Source: Calditrichia bacterium (GTDB lineage: Bacteria; Calditrichota; Calditrichia; JAJRVZ01). From it: a stretch of DNA of 64,000 nucleotides. The notes below the pieces were generated by a model. That model was not told where the DNA came from. It saw only the letters and a program-made list of their open reading frames with translations, and searched no databases. Positions 44,816 through 55,215 of the stretch are shown piece by piece. Positions within the stretch are counted from its first letter, which is position 1, and each line of letters begins with the position of its first letter. The DNA is taken from assembly GCA_963796965.1 (NCBI GenBank), contig CAWCNS010000002.1, forward strand, positions 96,001 through 160,000, in the 5' to 3' direction. The position numbers and the translations under genes were made by a program.

Positions 44816-47197
44816 ATGAAATCCAAAATATTGCTCTATTTATATACTTTACCAGCGCTCTTATTCTTCTCACATGTTAATGCGCAGAACCCTACAAACC
44901 TCAAGAAAATCAGTGGTTACATTCTTGATGAGGAGAGTTTTGATCCCTTGGTTGGTGCCAATATTTATCTAAAAAATGCAACTAAGGGTGCAGCCAGTAA
45001 TAAGGATGGATATTTTGAATTTAATGTTGAGACAGGTACTTATACTATTGTATACGATTATATTGGATACAAGATATTGGAGGAAACTATTAAAGTCGAG
45101 GACGATATTTCAAGACGTATCTATCTGGGCCAGAATTTGGACGAAACCGAAACTATCGTTTCAACTGCTGAAAAGGCGACAGATAATATAACTTCAACCC
45201 AGATGAGTATGGCTACAATTGACTCCCGAACAATTAATCAGATTCCGGTCGTTCTTGGGGAGAGCGACCTGCTCAAATCAATTCAGTTATTACCAGGCGT
45301 AAGTACGGTCGGTGAAGGTGTTTCAGGATTCAGTGTTCGGGGAGGAAATTTTGATCAAAATCTGGTGTTACTCGATCAGGCTCCTCTCTTAAATCCATCA
45401 CATTTATTTGGATTTTTCTCCGTATTTAACACAGAGGCAACAAGTGATCTATCGCTATACAAAGGAGGAATTCCAGCCAGGTATGGCGGGCGACTCTCCT
45501 CGGTTCTTGATGTTCGACAACGATCAGGATCAATTGATAAATTCAGTTTACAGGGCGGTATTGGTTTGGTTTCCAGTAGGCTTCTCGTTGAAGGTCCCAT
45601 TGGCCAAGAGATTGGCTCATATCTGGTTGCGGGAAGACGTTCCTATGGAGATCTGTTTCTCCCACTTTTCAGCATAACTAATACAGCTTATTTTTATGAT
45701 TTAAATTGGAAAGTCAATATAAATCCAGGTAAAAGAGATCAGCTTTCCTTTTTTGGATACCATGGACAGGACAAATTTGAAATTGCGGATGTGTTTGGCA
45801 ATTTATGGGGTAATACAGCAATGGGCTTAAATTGGAATCACATTTTTAGCAATGAATTTGCTGGATTATTCTCTCTTATATATGCACGCTATGATTATGG
45901 TCTCGACATCCTGGCTGATGGTACTGATTTTGCCTGGCGAGCCGATATTGATCAGATTATCCTGCAATCAGATTTTACCTACGGGATAAGTGAGAACTTG
46001 ATTGCTGATTTTGGTCTTCGACTGGCCTATTATAACTTTCAACCGGGAGAAATTAATCCGGTTACAACATCCTCATCAGTTCAACCAATAACTGTTGACC
46101 AAAAATATGCTTATGAACCAGCTCTTTACCTCAATTTTGATCAAAAGATATCATCATCTTTTTCTGTTCAATATGGATTACGATTGTCTGCGTTCTCTCG
46201 CGTTGGCCCTCAGACACTATACCAATATGAAAACAATCAACCCGTAATATATAATGATCAGCTGGGACGTTATGAAAGCGGAACGGTTAGTAATAGTATA
46301 TCTTATTCTTCAAATGAGTCTATTCGAAATTTCTACGCTTTTGAACCCAGATTTACTCTCCGTTGGTCACCCGATGATATGAGTGCAATAAAGATGAGTT
46401 ATAACCGAATGAAACAATACATTCATCTTATTTCAAATACAACTGCCCCAAGTCCACTAGATATCTGGACACCGTCAGGGACCTATATTGATCCTCAATC
46501 AGCTGATCAGATTGCTCTGGGCTATTTTAGAAATTTCGCAGATAATATGTTTGAGACCTCGGTCGAACTCTACTATAAAAAACTCGACAACCAAATCGAT
46601 TATATTGATGGGGCCAACCTTGTATTTAACAACACCCTGGAAACCGAAATCCTTAAAGGTGAAGGGCGGGCATATGGTTTAGAACTGTTTATCAAAAAAC
46701 GAAGTGGGCGATTAACCGGCTGGATAAGCTATACCCTCTCACGTGCAGAGAAACGGATACCAGGAATATCAACAAATGATCCGGGAATAAACAGGGGTCA
46801 GTTTTATCCCGCCAATTATGATAAGCGGCATGACCTTTCTGTTACCGGTGCTTTCCGATTAAATAAAGACTGGGCATTCTCTGCAAATTTTATTTATACA
46901 ACGGGCAGACCGATCACATACCCTTCTGGTCGTTATGAATACGCCGGTCTGATTCTGGCTCATTATGAAGACCGAAATGCTGATCGCTTTCCAGATTATC
47001 ATCGTTTGGATTTATCAGCTACCCTGTTTAATAAATGGGGGGGAGATTGGACATTCAGCATCTATAATATTTATAACCAAATGAATGCTTCGTCCATAAC
47101 ATTCCGACCCAACGAAGACAATCCAATTGTCACCGAAGCGGTTAGGACTACCATATTTGGGTTTGTTCCAAGTATCACCTATAGTTTTAGATTGTGA
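44816..47197 (+). CDS. TonB-dependent receptor with N-terminal CarboxypepD-like domain
   Basis: QLLPGV, SVRGG..DQNL, GGRLSSV plug; YHRLDLS; C-terminal PSITYSFRL. Confidence 0.9.
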   Translation: MKSKILLYLYTLPALLFFSHVNAQNPTNLKKISGYILDEESFDPLVGANIYLKNATKGAASNKDGYFEFNVETGTYTIVYDYIGYKILEETIKVEDDISRRIYLGQNLDETETIVSTAEKATDNITSTQMSMATIDSRTINQIPVVLGESDLLKSIQLLPGVSTVGEGVSGFSVRGGNFDQNLVLLDQAPLLNPSHLFGFFSVFNTEATSDLSLYKGGIPARYGGRLSSVLDVRQRSGSIDKFSLQGGIGLVSSRLLVEGPIGQEIGSYLVAGRRSYGDLFLPLFSITNTAYFYDLNWKVNINPGKRDQLSFFGYHGQDKFEIADVFGNLWGNTAMGLNWNHIFSNEFAGLFSLIYARYDYGLDILADGTDFAWRADIDQIILQSDFTYGISENLIADFGLRLAYYNFQPGEINPVTTSSSVQPITVDQKYAYEPALYLNFDQKISSSFSVQYGLRLSAFSRVGPQTLYQYENNQPVIYNDQLGRYESGTVSNSISYSSNESIRNFYAFEPRFTLRWSPDDMSAIKMSYNRMKQYIHLISNTTAPSPLDIWTPSGTYIDPQSADQIALGYFRNFADNMFETSVELYYKKLDNQIDYIDGANLVFNNTLETEILKGEGRAYGLELFIKKRSGRLTGWISYTLSRAEKRIPGISTNDPGINRGQFYPANYDKRHDLSVTGAFRLNKDWAFSANFIYTTGRPITYPSGRYEYAGLILAHYEDRNADRFPDYHRLDLSATLFNKWGGDWTFSIYNIYNQMNASSITFRPNEDNPIVTEAVRTTIFGFVPSITYSFRL

Positions 47198-47205
47198 GGA
47201 TTATA

Positions 47206-48060
47206 ATGAAAAAAATTATACTATCATCATTTTTTATTTTTGCAGGATTGCTTTTTTCTTGCCAGGAGGTCGTATCTATCGACCTTGAAGAGGGCCAGAA
47301 ACGTTTGGTTGTTGAAGGACGTATAGAAAAACAAAAAAGTGGCAGTTCTGGATATCAAAAACTGAAATTAACCACAACCAATAACTATTTTTCTAATGAA
47401 TCATCACCGGGGGTTTCAGGAGCGGGTGTTACCATAACTGATGAACAAGGTAAAGCAATTTTTTTTACAGAGAATGCTAACCAAAAGGGCCTTTATGAAA
47501 CATATGATCTCGTCCCTGAAACAGGACAGACCTACATACTATCCATAACCTTTAGTGGAGAGAAATACCAGGCTGTGGAGACCTTGCTCCCTGTTGCTAA
47601 CATCGACTCAATCTATCAAGCCTTTGTTGATGAAAACACCTTTAACGAAGCAGGTATTAGAGTCAAAATTGATTATGTGGATCCCGCTGACCAGATTAAC
47701 TATTATTATTGGGAACAGTTCATAGATGGAATATCCGAAATAACACCAAATCCAGGAACCAAATTTACGATTGTATCTAGTGATGAATTGTATAACGGAC
47801 AGCCATTTCTGGGTAAGACTCCAAACGATGAGCTGATTTATAGTCAAGGGCAAAAGGCTCTCATCAGGCAAATCGCTCTATCAGAATTTGCTTATAAATA
47901 TTACTTTGCTTTATTTGATCAGGAAGGCAGTCGGGGTGGCCTAACAGCACCACCAGCCCCTATCCGTGGTAATATCGAGAATTTAACTAATCCGGATCGC
48001 TATGCGCTGGGCTATTTCTACGCTTCAGAAATAGATGAAGAGGAATTGATTGTGAACTAG
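47206..48060 (+). CDS. DUF4249-like lipoprotein (TBDR partner)
   Basis: Lipobox LFSC, LVVEG.I, GNI.N...ALGYF; directly follows the TBDR. Confidence 0.8.
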   Translation: MKKIILSSFFIFAGLLFSCQEVVSIDLEEGQKRLVVEGRIEKQKSGSSGYQKLKLTTTNNYFSNESSPGVSGAGVTITDEQGKAIFFTENANQKGLYETYDLVPETGQTYILSITFSGEKYQAVETLLPVANIDSIYQAFVDENTFNEAGIRVKIDYVDPADQINYYYWEQFIDGISEITPNPGTKFTIVSSDELYNGQPFLGKTPNDELIYSQGQKALIRQIALSEFAYKYYFALFDQEGSRGGLTAPPAPIRGNIENLTNPDRYALGYFYASEIDEEELIVN

Positions 48061-48106
48061 ATTTAAAAGCATTTTTTTGTACAATTATCACAAAAGGAAT
48101 ACGCTT

Positions 48107-49303
48107 TTATTTTATTTTTATTACTACAAAAGTCATGTCATCACGAAGCTGACTTTTGCCCATCCACCTAATCGAAGCCTCATTTAATTTGCTGATTATC
48201 TGATCAGGTGACTGGTTAGCAGCTTTTTCAAACAGGGACCTGATGCGGGATTCACCAAAGACTTCCCCGCTCTCATTAAAACACTCGGATAATCCATCAC
48301 TATGAAAAAGCAACGTATCACCTTTCCCCAATTTGATGGTTTCTGACTGATAGGCAAAATTGGTAAAACTCCCAAGTGGCATACCTTTCAAGGGAATTTC
48401 GGTAACTGATTTATCTTCATCGCGATATAAAAACGGATATGGTATACCAGCTGAAGAAATAGTCATTTTGCCCTTCGATATTTTGGCCATTGACATGGCC
48501 ATATACATATTTCTAAATCCCATTGCTTTCAAGGATCCGGAAACATTACTTAAGATTTCTACAGGATTTTCCAACATCGCAAATGTATTGAATAATACTT
48601 TGGTTGCCGTAACAATGGTACCTGCCTTTAGACCATGGCCAGTTGCATCTCCTAGCGCGAAAGTCAGTTTATCATCCTCCTGAAAAAAATCATAATAATC
48701 ACCCCCCACTTCATCGGCCGTTTTCATTGAAACAGCCATATCCAAATAAGTTAATTCAGGAAGATTGTTAGGAAGCATGGCTAACTGTAATTCACGAGCA
48801 TCCTCAAGGTCTTTTTTCATTCGTTGATTTGATTGTTCTAGTTTGGCGGATACACGATATAAAGCATTCTCATTATTCTTACGCCTGGTAATATCTGATT
48901 GAATTCCAAGAAAATTGGTAACGTTTCCAGACTCATCCCTGATTGGGGTAATAGATAACAAATTCCAGAAGGGGGTTCCATCTTTTCTATAATTTAAAAT
49001 CTCTACCGAACAAGGTATCTTTTCATTTATTGATTTCCGTATCTTTTCAATCGTCACTGGGTCTGTATCGGTACCCTGCAGGAAGCGGCAGTTTTTTCCC
49101 ACCACATCTGACCGGGCATAGCCCGTCAGTCGCTCAAATCCCTCATTTGCATAAACAATGGGATTATCCTTTTGCAGATTGTCAGATATAGTGATGCCTT
49201 CCGCTGTTTCAGCGAGAGCTCTGTTTTTCAGATGTAATTGATAGTCATTGGGCATATCTGAGAGTAGAACAACTTTTTGGGATTTCTCCACTTTCTTATT
49301 CAT
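48107..49303 (-). CDS. LOV-domain sensor fused to SpoIIE/PP2C phosphatase
   Basis: NPIVYANEGF..LTGY...GKNCRFLQG...NYRKDG.PFWN...GIQSDIT; then VGGDYYDF, GDATGHG, SDGL, DDMT. Confidence 0.93.
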   Translation of the reverse strand: MNKKVEKSQKVVLLSDMPNDYQLHLKNRALAETAEGITISDNLQKDNPIVYANEGFERLTGYARSDVVGKNCRFLQGTDTDPVTIEKIRKSINEKIPCSVEILNYRKDGTPFWNLLSITPIRDESGNVTNFLGIQSDITRRKNNENALYRVSAKLEQSNQRMKKDLEDARELQLAMLPNNLPELTYLDMAVSMKTADEVGGDYYDFFQEDDKLTFALGDATGHGLKAGTIVTATKVLFNTFAMLENPVEILSNVSGSLKAMGFRNMYMAMSMAKISKGKMTISSAGIPYPFLYRDEDKSVTEIPLKGMPLGSFTNFAYQSETIKLGKGDTLLFHSDGLSECFNESGEVFGESRIRSLFEKAANQSPDQIISKLNEASIRWMGKSQLRDDMTFVVIKIK

Positions 49304-49337
49304 ATATGCTATCTCCCTGGTTTCTAATCAAACCATT

Positions 49338-50246
49338 TCAATTAGAAGATTTATTTGATAATGCCAGCTTAACAGCGGACAAATAGGATGTGGGATTGAT
49401 CTGCGGAAATAACTCCCCGGCAGTGTTATCTCTGACAATAACCTCATTTTTTAAACCATCAATTAATGGCCGAGCAATACTTTTAGGTATTGGTGTAACA
49501 AGATCTACCCAGTAAGAGGATAAGCGTGGCGTTAATACCGGCACAGGGATCATTAACCGCTTCAAACCACGAACTTTGGCGTAGCCCATTAGCATTTCTT
49601 TATAAGTAATCACATCTGAGCCGCCTATTTCTATTATTTTGCCCATACAATCCTCTGTCTCAAGTGCAGATAAGAGGTACTTAATCACATCTCCAACAGC
49701 AATTGGCTGTGTTTTTGTGTAAACCCATTTCGGACAAACCATGACAGGTACCCGTTCTGTTAGATACCGGAGCATATCGAAAGATATACTTCCGGAACCA
49801 ACAATCACAGCAGCACGAAATTCGGTTACCGGAATATCTGACTCACGTAAGGCATTACCAGTCTCCTGACGTGAGCGTAGATGGACGGAAAGATCTGTCT
49901 CAGGGTTCCCTAACCCACCGAGGTAAATCAATTGTTTGACACCAGCAATTGTAGCAGATTGACCAAAATTTTTCGCTGCAATTAAATCCTGTTCGTGAAA
50001 ATCACTCCCAGTGGCCATGCTATGAATGAGGTAATAAGCAGCATCAATATCAACCATCGCATCAACTAATGACTTTTTATCAAATACATCTGCGACAATT
50101 ATCTCAGCCACCCCATACCAATCTTTGCCCCTAACTTTCTTCTCATCCCGAACCATACAACGGACATCGTAATCCTTTGTGATCAATTCAGGTATTAAAA
50201 GATTACCAATATAGCCTGTCGCACCGCTTACCAGTATTTTTTTCAT
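49338..50246 (-). CDS. Atypical SDR NAD(P)-binding protein (YbjT-like)
   Basis: GATGYIG, YYLIHSM, HLRSR, FRAAVIVGSGS.SF. Confidence 0.85.
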   Translation of the reverse strand: MKKILVSGATGYIGNLLIPELITKDYDVRCMVRDEKKVRGKDWYGVAEIIVADVFDKKSLVDAMVDIDAAYYLIHSMATGSDFHEQDLIAAKNFGQSATIAGVKQLIYLGGLGNPETDLSVHLRSRQETGNALRESDIPVTEFRAAVIVGSGSISFDMLRYLTERVPVMVCPKWVYTKTQPIAVGDVIKYLLSALETEDCMGKIIEIGGSDVITYKEMLMGYAKVRGLKRLMIPVPVLTPRLSSYWVDLVTPIPKSIARPLIDGLKNEVIVRDNTAGELFPQINPTSYLSAVKLALSNKSSN

Positions 50247-50399
50247 TTTTATTGAGATTATTGGTTTGAAGCAATATATAATGATTTGCAGGCTAAATTA
50301 AATTCATAAGTAATTTTACCTGAGGAAATTACATAATACCAATTCTATTAAAATTAATTCTTAATTTACGTGTAATATACGTAATTTGTGATCCAAGGT

Positions 50400-50573
50400 C
50401 TATTGAAGTAATTTGAGGTATTTTATTTGGGGATTCTCAGTAATCCAGTCTGCCCAACGCATTTGGGAAGAAGGGAGTTCAGCCAGAGACCTATCGGTGT
50501 GGGTTCCTGTGATACAAATCAGACCCGATTTGTCAGGAAGGGGATACCAGAGACTTTCCGTATCTATATCGTA
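50400..50573 (-). pseudogene. 3' remnant (57 codons plus stop) of a third DUF3179-like paralog
   Basis: YDIDTESLWYPLPDKSGLICITGTHTDRSLAELPSSQMRWADWITENPQIKYLKLLQ* aligns without gaps to 53411-53584. Confidence 0.85.
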
Positions 50574-50734
50574 ATTTATTTCTGTGCTAAGAAATCAAAT
50601 TAGGACAAAAAGTTGTCAATTAAAGTTGCAAACCGATGGCAAACGCCAGCCCTTTTCCGGTTATTAGAATAGAGTGGTGGAGCGGGTATTTTGGCGGTTT
50701 GATGAAAGCTATTGCATAATGAGAGGTTGTTTTT

Positions 50735-50908
50735 AAACACAAAGTACGCAAAGGAGGCGCAAAGTAAACAAAGAAAGAATTTATAGTTTAAGAGTTTGCT
50801 TATCCAAGATCTGAGATTTAAACCTCAAAATTGGATTACCCGAGATTTAAAAACCTTAAAAAAAATTTTCTTTGTGTACTCCGTGCCTTCTTAGTGTATT
50901 TTGTGTTT
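50735..50908. repeat. 9-nt-periodic inverted-repeat element (ACACAAAG type)
   Basis: aaacacaaagtacgcaaaggaggcgcaaagtaaacaaag...ctttgtgtactccgtgccttcttagtgtattttgtgttt. Confidence 0.75.
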
Positions 50909-51026
50909 GAGTTGCAAATTTTTCTGGCGCTACACCGGTGCACCTTGTTTCTTTGTAGATCGATTGTATTAACATTTGGTTAAGACAACTCAAATAAAGA
51001 ATAATTTATGAGTAAAGGAGATTATT

Positions 51027-53189
51027 ATGAGCATACATCTCAATCGTCGAGATTTCATCAAAACGTCTGCCCTTGTGGGTGGACTATCGGTCCTGCCAAT
51101 TCAGTTCTTCAGTTGCAGCCACGAGGAGCCCACAGATTTTTTGTACACACCAGAGAAATATGACATTTACCCAAAGTTCAAAACTCCAAAGAAACTTGTT
51201 CGTTATAAAACATCCCGTTTAAAAGATTCTTTTCCCGATGCAGATGCAAAATCTATCTCGATGCTGTATCCTGTGCTAACAATTTTCCAGGGGCTCATTA
51301 ATCGCAAAGAGACAAGACTTTGGCTGGACCATGGTTCCAGCTCTGTCGATTGGTTGGCTATTTATCGGAAAGATGGTTATAACATTCCGGAGGAGGAAGA
51401 GATAGATTTCACCTCCCTGATCAAGCGTTTTGCCGGTGAACTGGACGGCTATATCATCTTCGATCCGGAAATGCTGCACAGCCTTAATGTGGCACAGACC
51501 TGGGGCAGTCTTGAAAACTGGATGGTGATTACACCGGATTTGGAACCCCTTATCAAAAGTACCGGATTGACCCTAAAAGAGGACTTGCGCAACCGATGGC
51601 CGGGGAGAGTTCCGGCATACGAATGGGCATTCGAGAATCTTTTTCCGCGATGTTCCAAACATCTCATTGCCAATTATTGTGTCGATTATCCTAGTGGTGT
51701 AGCTTTCGTCGATCGTGATTTTTCAACAGCAAAAAATGCATTCATCATGGATTTATCAGCAGCAGTACGTCAGCGCAAAGAATACAGGCTGATGGATAAA
51801 ATATACGCTCAGATGAAAACCCCAGGTGCCGTGTGGGGATGGCATGATACGCGGGATCATGAACACTGGGCAGTAGAGCGGTCTTCACGTAAAGGGTTAT
51901 ACACAATTTGTACGGGTATGCCTAATTTATCGGTGCATGGCGGAATAAAGCCAAAAGATACAAGCATACCAAAACAGAAAAAAAGTCCACGTAAAGATTT
52001 TACAGACTAAAAAGAATAAAATATATATATCTTTTATTATGACTGACGGTGATTCTATGTGGGTCATGAACACGCTGCAATATGGAAACTGGAAGCCAGA
52101 AAAAAAACGCGAATTTCCGGTTTCCTGGGGTTTTCTACCACTTCTGGCTGACATTGCGCCGGCGGTTTATAAACACTATATCACCACACAGCAGCCTAAT
52201 GACTATATGTTTTGCGGACCTTCTGGTGCCGGCTATACCTATACGCATATACACCCTGATCCAAAGTCCTTTTTACGTTACAGCAAGTCTTACATGGAGC
52301 GATGCGATCTGAAAGTTCCGTACATTACCAATTGGAATGATTACACCAATTGGCAGGAGGTGGACGTTCCTTCATTCAACCCCACTCTTTTAAAAGAACT
52401 GGACAACTGCATTGGTTATGTGCGCGGTATGGGCGAATCGGCATTTGATCCCCATTATAATTTCAAGGACAAACCTTTTCTTTTTTGTGGGGAAGGATTG
52501 CATGTTCCCGATAAAGACGACGTCGCCACGGTCAGAAATTTTATCGATGCCAATCCCAACAGACCATTATTCATTCCTTTGTTGATCAACATTACAATTA
52601 CCATGGAAAGATTGCGTAAAATAACAACAGATTTAAAAGATTACGATATTGAATACGTTCGTCTGGATGATTTAATCTATCTCACTAAAAGTGCCTATAA
52701 GCAGGGGATGATCACAGAGGATCTCTACCCGAACCGAAAAGGTAATGAAAAGATTCTAAGTATGGAAGCAAGTGAGAAATGGAAGGGTATTAAAGCCGAA
52801 AACGAAAAATTGACGCCAATTTTGACTGCCAAGACAAAGGTTAAAGCGCTTGCAATGATGAATACAAAAGAGGCTGGATTGGCTCTTGGGCAGAAAATAA
52901 CCAATGAGGATGCAGCAGATATTTTGGCCTTCGCTTTATGTGAAAGTATGTTTAAACTGGTTAAAAATGTGCTGAACTACAAAGGTATCTATGTCAATAA
53001 GCGCGTTGATGCTGTTAATCAATTTGTTGGTAAATTTTCCTCATGGAATGATGTCGACGGGTTATCAGATCTTATTCACATTTGGCAGCATTGGGATGAA
53101 TTAACATTTAAATGGGACAATATTATGTCCATGGGAAAAAGCTGAGCAAAGTGTATCATCAGGCGGATGGATTGTTCAAAGAAAATTGA
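51027..53189 (+). CDS. Tat lipoprotein with GxGYxY putative glycoside hydrolase domain; frameshifts near 52005 and 53140
   Basis: NRRDFIK plus FFSC; QGLINR, NLSVH, MTDGDS, GPSGAGYTY. Confidence 0.75.
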
Positions 53190-53410
53190 ATAAAAATCCT
53201 CAAGAAGGTTAAAATATAGGAAACACCAATAATAAAAAAACTAATTATGAGCCGGACCTACTGATTTTAGGGCAAAATATTGTCTGGGATCAGACCGAAT
53301 ATTACACAACAAAGGATTTTGAGCCCATATCCAGTCAAGAAAGGATTGAGACCTTTGGTTTGAAGAAGGAGCAAAGCTACGCTTTGGAATAAGTTATCAG
53401 GAGACAGAGT

Positions 53411-54190
53411 TTATTCAGGTGGTTTCAGGTACTTCGTTTCTGGGTTCTCAATAGCCCAGTCTGCCCAACGCATTTGGGAAGAAGGTAATTCTGCTAGAGA
53501 CTTATCGGCATTAGGTCCTGCGATACACGTTAAGCCTGACTTGTCCGGGAGAGGATACCAGAGACTTTCCGTATCTATATCATAAAGAACAAATGTTTCA
53601 TTGTAGGTCCATCCACTGGCACTTAGCGTGACGATTGTACCATAAACCTGCCGGCTATACACAGCCGTTAAATTTACAAGAGGACAATAGGCAATTGCCA
53701 CCGGTTGTTTGGCATAGAAATCATTGACGATCTCATGATGGACTAAAATATTCAATGAATAGGCACGAATCTGGCTTTCATCTTTATATCCAATCACAAA
53801 AAAATCATTTGCAGCAGAGGGATATCCCCCCTGGCCAGGTGAAAGGAATACAGGGCTATTGATGGGTTGAATGGCGGTAGGACCCAGTCCAAAATCAAAT
53901 TTTTCAGGATCAAAACCATAGGTATTGACGGCATGGGTTATATCCCATTGCTTCCTTGTTTGATCAACAATGGAGATATTTTCTCCATCACGAATAATTT
54001 CAAAGCCATTGAACGGTTCGGTTGCTGTTTCGCGTTCACATGCGATTAATACTAATACTGCAGATACTATCAGTAATTGGAGAATTCTCCTAAAATTTCC
54101 AAAGACAAAATCCAAATGCCAATTCAATTTCCAATTCCAAATTCCAGATCCCAAATCTTTCATATTTAATCCCAATCTTGATTGATACAA
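53411..54190 (-). CDS. DUF3179-like lipoprotein, Cys-containing paralog (start uncertain)
   Basis: VLIAC lipobox; RAYSL..L..HEIVND, AYCPLV, LYDIDTESLW. Confidence 0.78.
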   Translation of the reverse strand: MYQSRLGLNMKDLGSGIWNWKLNWHLDFVFGNFRRILQLLIVSAVLVLIACERETATEPFNGFEIIRDGENISIVDQTRKQWDITHAVNTYGFDPEKFDFGLGPTAIQPINSPVFLSPGQGGYPSAANDFFVIGYKDESQIRAYSLNILVHHEIVNDFYAKQPVAIAYCPLVNLTAVYSRQVYGTIVTLSASGWTYNETFVLYDIDTESLWYPLPDKSGLTCIAGPNADKSLAELPSSQMRWADWAIENPETKYLKPPE

Positions 54191-54354
54191 TCTTGAAAAT
54201 ATTAATTCACATAGTTATAGATTCACCCTTTGATCATTTTAGTATGACCGCTCGCAAACGGCCACGACAGGTTGCCAATTGACTCTCAAATATGGCATAT
54301 CCCTTGTCTTGCATTCCAAATCCAATTTTCAGTTTTCAAGTATTCAATCTACAA

Positions 54355-55032
54355 TCACGGATACTTCAAATACCGGCTTTGCGGATTTAAATCTACCCAG
54401 CTAGACCACCTTGTCAAAGAGGATGGGAATTCTTCGAGTTCCCGGTCTGCATATTTTCCGCTAATACAGGTTAAACCATCTTTTCCTTCAAGATGATACC
54501 AAAGGCTCTCTGTTTCATAATCAAAAAGAACAAAAGTATTCCGGTAAGTCCAGCCACTTGCACTCAAAGTTAAAATATCACCATCAATTTCCCGACTGTA
54601 CACGGCAGTCAATCCTACCAGAGGTCAGTAGGCAACCGCGACGTGTTGATCTCCGAATACTTCATCCGCAACCTCATGCCGGCTCAATACGCTAAGGGGA
54701 TAGGCCCGCGTCTCCCTGTTAAGTATTGTCCCGATGACCAGTTGATCATTGTTTTTCGCTGGGTAACCAGCATCCCCCGGATTTAACATCTCTGGTTCGA
54801 GAATTGGTCGGATGGCAAAGGGTCCTAATCCATATTGAAATTGAGACGCCACAAAATTATAGTTCTCTACAGCGTGTGTTACATCCCATTCTTTACCCGT
54901 ATGATCCTTTATCAGTATTTTTTTTCCACGTTCGACAACCTCGGCGTTATCTGCTGATGAAGTCGTCACTTCACAGCCTGATATAAAAATAATAAGCAAG
55001 ACGGCATAAACCTGAACTATTTTCCTGAACAT
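54355..55032 (-). CDS. DUF3179-like lipoprotein, probable selenoprotein (225 aa; Sec TGA at 54625-54627)
   Basis: ORFs 54625-55032 and 54355-54612 are in the same frame; read-through gives VAVAY-U-PLVGLTAVYSR versus AIAY-C-PLVNLTAVYSR in the adjacent paralog. Confidence 0.85.
54592..54612 (-). promoter_or_regulatory. Candidate bacterial SECIS hairpin
   Basis: TTGACTG-CCGTGTA-CAGTCGG; the loop starts about 20 nt after the TGA. Confidence 0.5.
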
Positions 55033-55215
55033 GACGTTCCTTTCTAATTTATTTTCTCTTTAATAAAGGTATTCACTAATCGGAAAATAGTTAACATTTA
55101 GATGTTTAAACTGTAACAGGGATTACGTTTGCGATGGTAAATGTATACGGATGTTAATTTTGAGAGATATTTAAGTAAGTAGGCTTAGCGGATCGGAGAG
55201 GTTACAAAATGTGAT

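Noticed and set aside
50400..53584. Diversity-generating retroelement template/variable repeat pair
   Set aside because: Differences are not adenine-specific, many are synonymous, and no reverse transcriptase is present in the window.
53648..53670. Vestigial SECIS in the Cys paralog (CGGCTG-TGTA-TAGCCG)
   Set aside because: It pairs in a different register from the Sec-gene hairpin and may arise simply from TAVYSR codons; this also tempers confidence in the SECIS call.
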